Shown in pieces: positions 1-8,400 of a DNA stretch of 36,044 nucleotides. Position 1 is the stretch's first letter, and each line of letters opens with the position of its first letter. The notes beneath the pieces were generated by a model. That model was not told the DNA's origin. It saw nothing but the letters and a program-made list of their open reading frames with translations, and did not search any database. The stretch is taken from assembly GCA_001275005.1 (NCBI GenBank), contig JWZX01003407.1, positions 62,001-98,044 of the forward strand. The letters run 5' to 3'. The position numbers were made by a program, and so were the translations under genes. The stretch is from Chrysochromulina tobinii. Its lineage: Eukaryota.

Positions 1-380
1 GCCGGGCAGTCTTGACGGGCCTGTGGGCGCGTAAGCGCCCACGATGGCGAGGATGGCCGTGGCTATCATTTTGGCGGGGGGAAAGAGATGATGAGCCGTC
101 CGCCCGCGATCCCGCGACGAGGTGCACGGACGGCTTTTTGGTCGAACGCCACGCTACAATTGTATCCACATACCACACATGCATCATCAGTGCGCCGCGT
201 GCCTCCGGTCTGACGAGCCGTCTCGACGGCCGCGCGGGCTCCCGGAAAGCGCGCCGCCGCCCTCGTCGGCACGCCTCTCTCTACTTCAGATCTTCAGTCT
301 ACACGCGCTTCAAAGCCCAGGTCATGCCCAGGGCGCGCGGCACGACGCAGCCTTCCAAGAAGATTCCAAAGATGTCAGAG

Positions 381-1262
381 TCAGATGCTGAGGGCACGCG
401 TGACGGCCACCATGCTGTTGACAACAGCTAACGAAAACAGATCGAATGGCAGCTGCAGGAAAGCCCCTGCCCAACTCATCGTGGCCGACAGCGCCATAGG
501 CGGGTCTGCCGCCATGAGCAGCCGCAATGGGCCGGGAAGCACACCGAGCAGAACGAGGAAGAGCAGGGGTGTCGCCGCCACCGCACGGGCTGGCTTCAAC
601 ATCTGCACGACCGAGGACGCAACGAACACGGCAAGAAGTGCACTGTGCTCGTAGCTCGCTAGCACCAGTGACCGTCGAATGGCAAGCCATGCTAGCAGTG
701 CACCGCTGAACGGCGGCAGGTAGCTCCCGAAGGTCGCCCCTGCAGTCGCCATCTGGAGCATAGCATCCTGTAGCACCGTCGCAATCTGGAGCATGACCGC
801 GCCGAGCAGGACTGCGATGGTCAGCGCCGTGCGAATGACCTTCTGGAATGCGGCCACAACCAGGAGCGTGCCCTTCTTCGGAAGCAGCAACGCCGGTTGG
901 AAATTGGGTGCGATCAGTGACGGCGACCTGGAGGCCGCGAAGGCGGAAACCGCACCATTCGTTTTGGTCACCATGGGTGGCGAAGGCGAGGCGACTGGCC
1001 GCAAAGCGCCATCCGCAAAGCCCGTCTGCGTGCGCTCCTGGAGGCAGCGCTTGGCAAGTTGCAGCTCCTCTATCGTCTCGCGCAGCGAGGGTAACGCCTC
1101 CGAGTCCAGCTCGTTGAGGTACTCGATTGTTTTTGCGATCTCACGATTGATCAGGGCTTGATCAATGCTAGCCGAGGCACACACAATCGAGTATCGTACT
1201 GAAGTCACGGGCAGCGGCGCCAGCAATGGCGGCACGTGTAGCACCGGTATCGCGGCGATCAT
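381..1262 (-). CDS. Hypothetical membrane protein, possibly plastid-targeted (coiled coil plus several TM helices); C-terminus may extend to 299 through a frame break
   Basis: 293-aa ORF with ATG at 1262. Hydrophobic/Pro-rich N-terminus (MIAAIPVLHVPPLLAPLPVTSVRYSIVCAS) resembles an algal bipartite presequence. It is followed by a helical segment (REIAKTIEYLNELD...LRETIEELQLAK) and several hydrophobic stretches. The +1 frame beyond ~400 reads RVPSASDSDIFGIFLEGCVVPRALGMTWALKRV*. Confidence 0.6.
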   Translation of the reverse strand: MIAAIPVLHVPPLLAPLPVTSVRYSIVCASASIDQALINREIAKTIEYLNELDSEALPSLRETIEELQLAKRCLQERTQTGFADGALRPVASPSPPMVTKTNGAVSAFAASRSPSLIAPNFQPALLLPKKGTLLVVAAFQKVIRTALTIAVLLGAVMLQIATVLQDAMLQMATAGATFGSYLPPFSGALLAWLAIRRSLVLASYEHSALLAVFVASSVVQMLKPARAVAATPLLFLVLLGVLPGPLRLLMAADPPMALSATMSWAGAFLQLPFDLFSLAVVNSMVAVTRALSI

Positions 1263-1521
1263 CGAATGCTACAGGAATCCTGTCGAGAGAACACCTCTCC
1301 TCTCAGACACAAGTGTGACAAGCGAAGCGGCATTTGCCCTAAACCGCGTGATGTGGGGAATGTGGTTTGTTTATCACGGGCTACAGGAATCTGAAACAGC
1401 GCGTATCTGCTGTGATCGGCCGCCGAGAGGAAATCCCGCGACCTCCAATTTTGTCTTCTTTCGCCTGGCTTGTTTTTGGCATTTTCACGGCCCACGTTCA
1501 AAAGAATCGCACCCAAGACCA
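1263..1521. promoter_or_regulatory. Probable bidirectional promoter between divergent genes, with a 12-bp direct repeat GCTACAGGAATC
   Basis: Short, AT-richer spacer between head-to-head ATGs (1262 on -, 1522/1545 on +). GCTACAGGAATC occurs at 1268-1279 and 1380-1391. Confidence 0.4.
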
Positions 1522-1544
1522 ATGTCTTCCGGCGTGCTGCTCCC

Positions 1545-1907
1545 ATGAATGGCTCTAATCCAATCGCGGACGCCGCCCGCAGCTGGCTGACAGAAGCTGT
1601 CTGTTGCGTGCGGCGCAAAGTGCCAGGCAAGCGCGATGAATATGATGCGCTCAAGCAGGCTCTTCTTCGGAAGAAGGAAGAGGTTCGACGACTTCAGGAG
1701 CAGTGTGCAGCTCTTGAAAAAAAGGCCAGCACGGACGAACAGCCACTGGACGTGCTGCCCACAGATGAAGCCGCGAAGCGCATACAGGCGGTACACCGGG
1801 GGCATCTATCGCGTCGCGGTGACGGGCAGCAAAGCAGTGAGGGGTACCGACCAGCTTCACACTCTAGTGCGATGGGTGGCGGAGGATCCACAATTTTGCA
1901 TGAATAA
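1545..1907 (+). CDS. Small coiled-coil protein with an IQ calmodulin-binding motif
   Basis: ATG at 1545 gives a 120-aa ORF. It has an N-terminal Cys-Cys followed by basic residues (VCCVRRK), a heptad coiled coil (YDALKQALLRKKEEVRRLQEQCAALEKK) and the IQ motif AAKRIQAVHRGHLSRR (IQxxxRGxxxR). Confidence 0.75.
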   Translation: MNGSNPIADAARSWLTEAVCCVRRKVPGKRDEYDALKQALLRKKEEVRRLQEQCAALEKKASTDEQPLDVLPTDEAAKRIQAVHRGHLSRRGDGQQSSEGYRPASHSSAMGGGGSTILHE

Positions 1908-2357
1908 TAAGGGGCCAAGGCCAAGAGCTGGTGTTCCGTCTCTGCGTCGCTGTGTCGGTTCACGAACTATACGAGGATTATATGGGCCCAGGGGGCTAGG
2001 CCGAGGGCTGGCTTTGGGGACCCGCTCGTTCCCGTGAGCGGGAGGCGGCTCGGAAACCTAGCTTATTAGAGAGGAGCTTTTGGCCTTGTGTCGAACCGAG
2101 TAAAGCAGAACTGACACTCAAACAGTTCATGTTATTCACTTACTAGCGAGCACGTCGTACAAATTTGGATCGCCAAATTCAGCATGTTTCACGCCACGTG
2201 TCAAAATGTCGATCGTCCGAGGACTGTCAATGTGCGTACTCGGTACTGCACACGAGTCTCGACACGAAGACTCCTCAGGCGAGCGCGTACACGGCACGTA
2301 CGACGTACCTGCCGGCTTTCGGCCGGCTGCCGCCGCCGCTGCTGCGGCTGCAGCAAA

Positions 2358-3626
2358 ATGTCGGGCCGCTGCATCTGGATCGGCGCCCTCGGCGGCACTG
2401 TGCTGATCATCGCCGTGCTCAACATGCAGGGCAGCCAGAACCAGAGCGTGCACGCCTTGGAAGACCCGGCCTTGCAGGCCGAGCTCCTGCTTCTTCGTGA
2501 GCGCGTTGCCACTCTCGAGCGTAAGCTGAACGCGCGGCTCCTGAAGCAGAGTGACGACGCGCTCACACTCCCGCCTCCAGACGATGCTCCGACGCCATTG
2601 TCGGGCGAGGAGCTTGATGTGCATCGCCGCGAAAAGGAAACAAGGAAGGTAGCGGAGCGCATCGCAGCTGAAGCCGAGGATGCTGCTAAGCGCGCTGAAG
2701 CCGCTGCTCGAAGGGTCACCGAAAGCATTGCTGGCTCGGCAGGGATCATCGCTCCGATGCAACATGCCGGCGGCGAGATTTTCTTGAGTGAATATCAAAA
2801 GCGGCACGCCGCCGCACTCGCGGGGAGGGAGCGCCAGCGGCGGCTTGTTCGCAACGAGAGCACCACGGTCATTGCAGTGTGTGCGAGCACGACCAGCCGC
2901 GGCCTGCAGCCAAGTGGTCTGGAACAACTCTCCCTCTTCCGCCTCGCGCTGCCTTCACTTGTCGCCACGTTTCGGCATGGCGCGTCGAGCGAGCCAGTGC
3001 CCGAGCTGTGGGTGTACGTGGCGTATGACGTGGGCGACAAGTTCTATGACTCGGCGGCACGGGAGTTGGACGTGCGCGCGTGGCTCGACACTTATGTGGT
3101 CGGACCGCTCGCGACAGCGGGTGTGAGGGCACAGCACGCCCTGCTGCGCTTTGAAAACGCGCTGCGCAAGCCGGGTCCCATTTTCAACTTCATGATGGCC
3201 GCCGCGGCAGAGGACGGCGCCGATTACCTCTACCGCATTAACGATGACACCGAGTTCGTGACGCCGTGGGTGGGGTTGGCGCTCAGCGCACTGCGCGGCT
3301 ACTCGCCGCCCAACGTGGGCGTCGTCGGCCCGATCTGCCGCGAGGGTAACACGCGCATCATTACACACGACCTTGTGCATCGGACGCATTTAGAGATCTT
3401 TGACTACTACTACCCACCCATTCTCTCGGACTGGTGGATGGATGATTGGATCACCATGGTGTACGACGAGCGCCACTTCACCAAGGGTCCCTTCGTTGTG
3501 CGACACCACGTGAGTATGCACGGCACGCGGTACAGTGTCGATTACGCGCACGAGCAGATGCTCCAAGGCGAGCTACGGTCGGGGCGCATGCAGATCCAAG
3601 CGTGGCTGGCGCAACGTGGGTCGTGA
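2358..3626 (+). CDS. Type II membrane (Golgi-type) glycosyltransferase, GT-A fold (GT2-like)
   Basis: Likely start at 2358 (MSGRCIWIGALGGTVLIIAVLNM, a signal anchor), then a coiled-coil stem. The catalytic domain has VYVAYDVGD, ADYLYRINDDTEF (acidic metal-binding motif), VGVVGP, THDLVHRTH and DWWMDDWITMVY. Confidence 0.8.
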   Translation: MSGRCIWIGALGGTVLIIAVLNMQGSQNQSVHALEDPALQAELLLLRERVATLERKLNARLLKQSDDALTLPPPDDAPTPLSGEELDVHRREKETRKVAERIAAEAEDAAKRAEAAARRVTESIAGSAGIIAPMQHAGGEIFLSEYQKRHAAALAGRERQRRLVRNESTTVIAVCASTTSRGLQPSGLEQLSLFRLALPSLVATFRHGASSEPVPELWVYVAYDVGDKFYDSAARELDVRAWLDTYVVGPLATAGVRAQHALLRFENALRKPGPIFNFMMAAAAEDGADYLYRINDDTEFVTPWVGLALSALRGYSPPNVGVVGPICREGNTRIITHDLVHRTHLEIFDYYYPPILSDWWMDDWITMVYDERHFTKGPFVVRHHVSMHGTRYSVDYAHEQMLQGELRSGRMQIQAWLAQRGS

Positions 3627-3945
3627 CCGCGCGCGTCGTCGAACCGCCCCAGGGACCCCGGCCGGACGGGCGACGGACGGGCGTCACGCCGTCCCCTGCT
3701 CCTGGCGCGCGGCGAGGGCCGCAGGGCGTAGCGGGCCGCAGGGGTACAGCCACACCGTGCACCTCGTTCCTATATACTCCGCGTATCGATAGATACCGGA
3801 TAGGAGTCAGGATAAAGTACACGGTATTTTGTATTTAGTTTTAGACTCGCATCAACACTCAGGCCGCCCTCAGCAGCACTCCAAACACAGACAAGTCACT
3901 CGACTCAAAACACGCGGCGGAACTTTTACCGATATTAGTAGACAC

Positions 3946-4858
3946 TTACTTTTTCGCAGCCGAACCAGCGCCCTCCTCCTCCTCCTCCTCCTCCTCCTCC
4001 TCCACCCACTCCTCGCCGGACGCCTCGAGGTAGATGTCGCGTAGCTTCTGCGTGAGGGCGCACGGCTTCAACGTCCTCGGCATCCTCGAGCACTTCGAGC
4101 ATCTTGGCCGCGAACTCGGTCGTCTGATCACGATCGCCGAGCGCGCTTGCCGCGGTGCACGCCTCGAGCGCCAGCGACTCCGCGCGGCTGAGGAGCTCCT
4201 TCCGCGTCTTGGCGGGAAGGCCCTCGTCTTGCGCAGCGCGCAGCAGCAAGTTGGCGAGGTTGAAGGAGGACCATGCAGAGTCCATGGAATTCTCGCCGGA
4301 CGCTTTGCGGCGAATGTCTCGCACACGTGCGAGCTGATCGGCCACATGCACGAGCGGCCGTCCTACCTCCTCGAGTACCTCGGCCTTGGCGTGCAGCGCC
4401 GGCACGAGCAGCATTGACTCATTGCCATGAATCTTCTCGGTGAGCGCGACGAGCGCATCGAGCTCGCGCAACGCTTCCTCAAACTTGCGCGTGGCGCTAT
4501 AGACCCCGGCAAGGTGCAGCCGCGCGCCAAGCTCCTCTGGCGTGTTTGGCAGGTGCGCTTGGGCCACAGCAAGAGCCTCTTGAGCAGCGCTGAGGCTGGC
4601 TGCGTAATCACGACTGCGATAGGACCGCTGGCTCGCCGATATTAGCCGTGACACCTTGTTCTCTGGGCGTGCTCGGTAAATGGCGTAGGCAACTGCCGCA
4701 GCGGCGGCCACGGCCGTCGCGCCGATGATGACGAGGGCGCGCGAGCCGCTCCTGTCACCGTGCGAGCCTCCCGGCAAATCTGCCTTAATCGGAAACAGGC
4801 CACCGGGAGCGTTGAGCTCGACGCCACGACGCGACACAGCGTATTGAATCTCAGGCAT
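3946..4858 (-). CDS. Membrane-anchored TPR-repeat protein with acidic C-terminal tail; frame break at ~4048-4063
   Basis: ATG at 4858. TM segment ALVIIGATAVAAAAAVAYAIY is followed by basic residues. TPR-like helix pairs (YAASLSAAQEALAVAQ, LHLAGVYSATRKFEEAL, AWSSFNLANLL) resemble kinesin-light-chain-type TPRs. The natural C-terminus (KLRDIYLEASGEEWVEEEEEEEEEEGAGSAAKK*) lies in the +1 frame (ORF 3946..4347). Confidence 0.7.
3972..4002 (+). repeat. (CCT)n trinucleotide microsatellite encoding poly-Glu on the minus strand
   Basis: About ten tandem CCT/CTC units, read directly from the sequence. Confidence 0.9.
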
Positions 4859-5452
4859 GGTGACGTGCCTCGACAGAGACGCGTGTGAATTCACAACCCA
4901 TTCAGTCAGTCAGTTTCGTCGCGTTCCCCCCGCGCTCTCCACCACCGTCTCAAAGGACGGCTCCGCTCCCCTCGGTAAACACAAGTACTGAGTACTCGCT
5001 CGCTCGGGCTCCTCAATTTCGCTAGTGAGGTGAGAGGTCGGTCGATCTTACTCTGTGAACTCTCTTACCGTCTTAATTGTTAATACAGGACACAGTGTGG
5101 TCTCAACACGTGCGTTACCCTTATCGTGAAGCAGTGCTTGGTGCTGTGTTGTGAGTGAACATGGGCGTCACTCTTGATGTGTATTAATAGCCCACTCCGG
5201 TAGGTCGTACCCGAGCGCGCGTCCACATCGGTCCTCTGTTCACCTAACCACACCTGCACCTCCCCACGCAGGCCCACTGTGGTCTACAAAGTGCACAAAG
5301 AATCCCCACACGGTCACGACACTCAGGTCGACACGCCAGTCTCCTGTCGGACGACGATCAACGCGGAAGAGTACATGTAACGAGTAAGTTCACTGCCTTG
5401 TGCTGGCTCATCTTGGCGCCAGCACGGCGCGACTGCGACAGGGCCCTGCTCA

Positions 5453-8400
5453 TCAGACGAGCTCCTGTGTCACGCAGTTGTGCATCGCAATCAGAAACTT
5501 TTCTCGGCACATCTCTTTGGAGGTGTAAGGAGGCAGGTCGATCAGGAAGAAGCACGTATGCGCGACTGGCAAATACTCCGGGCCGTCGCTGTTGGGACGT
5601 AGGATTAGCATGATGCCCTTGCAGCCGGGCGGCATGCGTGAAGAGCCACGTGCAAAGCGGCAGAAGAGGGCCTTCTCTTCCACGCTCATCTCATCGAGCA
5701 TCTCCCACAGGTGCGCCACGGCCTTAGCGTGCTCCGGCTTGTGCGCCTCCTCGACGCGCGCATTCTTCTTGAGGTCGCTCACCTTCCAGTCGCCGTCACC
5801 CGTCAGCAGTCGCTCGAACTCGGCTCCGGTGAGGACGGACATCACACCGAGTGGGAGGATGGCCGAGAGGCCGCGGCGCACCGCCGCAAGCTGCGCGTCG
5901 CACTCGTGCAGCACGAATTCCTCGGCGAGGTCGGCCCACTCATGCCGGCACGGGTACGTGAGCGGCGTGTGGCGGCCGCCGGGGCGCAGCTCGTGGTAAT
6001 GTGCGCGTAGCTCCGACGTGAGAAGAGCAAAGTTGAACTGGTCCGAGTAGATGTCATCGAAGAGCTCCGCGTCGAGCGGCGACGCGCCGATCTCGAGGCT
6101 GGGCAGCGCCTCGCGCACGCGCCGGATCAGGTCCGTCTTGGCCTTGTCGCAGAGCTCGTAGTCGTCGAGCGTCGTTGGCTCGCCCACGAGCCCCTTGAGG
6201 AGCGTCGATGCGAGCACGAGAGGCAGTGGCACTTCACTTCGAATGGCCACCCCCATGAACGCCCCCATGAGCTCAAAGTCGCGCAGCCGCTCGGCGCTCG
6301 GCACGGCCGGGTTGAGCATGTAACGGTCGCGCCCCCAAACGTCGCCGCCCTTCTCCTCGTATTGGCCGTTGACGTCCTTACGCCCGTTTGGTACCGGCAC
6401 GAGCAACTGCAGCGGCGGCGCCGTGAGCTCGGCCGCGAACGTCTCAAGAGTCTCGCGGAAGGGGCCGCCCTCGTCCTGCCCAAGCTCGCCCTCGAAGCGC
6501 ACGCTGAACGCGAGGCTAGTCGACGCGGAGCGAGAGCCGCCTTCGTTGGTACGATGGGTGCGGTTGAGCTCGACGAGCGCCCAGAGCCGCTCCGCAGGCG
6601 TCGTCGCCTCCTTGAACAGCTGAGCACCGATCTGCTGGAAGATGGTGAGTGGCGGCTGCTGCTCCCCGGCCGGAGTCTCCTTTCCCGCCTCTGCCTGCTC
6701 GCGCGCCTCGATGGCCTTGCGCCGGTTGAGGTTGAAGGTCTTGAGCAACTCGCGACGCACGTCCGTGCGCGTCGCCTTGAGCGCGTCGCGGAAAAAGGGT
6801 TCCTTACGCTCCCAAAAGAGGCGTGCCCGAAGGGAGCTGACCTCGTGCGCGACCGAGTGCGGTATGTCCGCCTCGTTCAGGTTGACCCACGGAAGCAGCC
6901 GCTTGAAGACGCCATCGGAGAGGCCCTTGAGGATCAGGTACCGCTCCGCGAGCGCCTCGAGGGGCGTACCCTCTTCCGGTTGGTAGTAACGGCCGCCTAC
7001 CTGCACGTAGTGATCGGGGGCGAGGTCGGCCACGCCAAACTGCATCAGCTCCTCCTGCGTGAAGGCGCGCGCGTTGCCGCGCATGTGCACCGCTCGCAAT
7101 GCGTCCGAGAGCGCCTCGTTGCAGATCTCGCGCCCACAGGGCGGGGGCGTCGACCCAACATCCCGCCACGCGAGACCACGCGTCTCCTGAAGCTCCGAGT
7201 AGAGAGGGTTGCCTGGCACGAGCTTGGCGGCGGCCTCGATGAGCTCATCTGCGCTCAGCTTGTCGATCGAGAAGGGCTTCGTGCGCGTCCCCTCCTCCGA
7301 GCAGCTCTGGCACACGTCAAACGTACAGCGTGGGCACTGATTGATGGTGCCCAGCGTGTGCTGTCCGCGCGTGTCACACAAGCCACAGGGGCTCTGGCGG
7401 ACGGCGCCAATCGGCTCGAGTCGCGAGTTGCATCGGAGGCAGCGAGTCGACCCCTTGATGGGTTGGTGCGTTCGAATCGCCGCCGTGACGAGCTTGCACA
7501 GCTGCGTGTCCTGCCGCGGCTGCCAGCGAGGGCTTGCGGCGCACCCCTTGAGCAGACGCGCCTCAATCTTGGCGAGGTCACCATCCTTGCCCTTGTCCTC
7601 GTCGCCGTCCTTGTCCTTGTCGTCCCTGCGTTGCAGGCGTGGCTCAGCACATGCCGGACACAAGTCGTACCGGCAAGGGGGGCAGTGGAAGAAGTGGCCG
7701 CACGGCTCCACAAGGTCATGGCGGCTGCACCCGTCGCACCGCACCGTCGTTCTCGGGCCGTACGTCAACGGTGGCGCACCGGTCTGCCTCGCCATTCGGT
7801 GACCGTGGTTGCACGTAGGCACGTCCTCCTCGTCATCATCATCGGGCGTCGTCTCGCGCGCAGAGCTTGGCGCGGCAGCCGAAGGGCCGATCAGATCCCA
7901 GTACACGACGGACAGCTCCTCATTCCGATGATTGGTTCGCCAGGTGGCCGTGTGCCCGTCCCAGCTCACGAGCGTCTGAAGTGTGCCGTCCGGCCATTGG
8001 AACCATGTCGCCTCAGACACACCCGCCGACGGCGCCTGCACCTGAAGCCCCGTGCCCCATGAAGGGTCCGATGCCGGTCCCCATACCGCCATCGTCGCCT
8101 CCGAGGCTCCGTTTCGCAGCTGAATGGTGGTCCGCTGGCCGCCCTGCCAACGTACTGTCCACGAGCGCTGATCCGATGGGCCAGGACCTTCTGGCCGGGG
8201 CTCTCCGACCCGCTCGGGCGCTGCCGTGCCTTGATGCGTTGCCCTTGGCTCTTGCTGCATGGCTGGCTGCGATGGCCCGGCCACGGGCACGCGCACGGCA
8301 CGCGCCGCAACTGCAGCAGCCACTACGGCGTCGGCGGCGTCGGCGGCGTCGGCGGCGTCGGCGGCATTGACGGCATCGACGGCCGCTGCGGCGACCCGCA

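Noticed and set aside
3768..3810. Imperfect hairpin (TCCG-C-GTATC-GATA-GATAC-CGGA) between convergent genes
   Set aside because: Short stem with no target-site duplication or second copy in the window. Not enough to call a MITE, terminator or ncRNA.
3935..4047. Poly-Gly C-terminus of ORF 3935..4894
   Set aside because: Out-of-frame reading (GGA codons) of the GAG poly-Glu tract after the frame break.
4895..5452. Small ORFs and CAGT repeats in the spacer between the TPR and HECT genes
   Set aside because: No motifs or coding bias. Consistent with 3' UTR plus promoter sequence.
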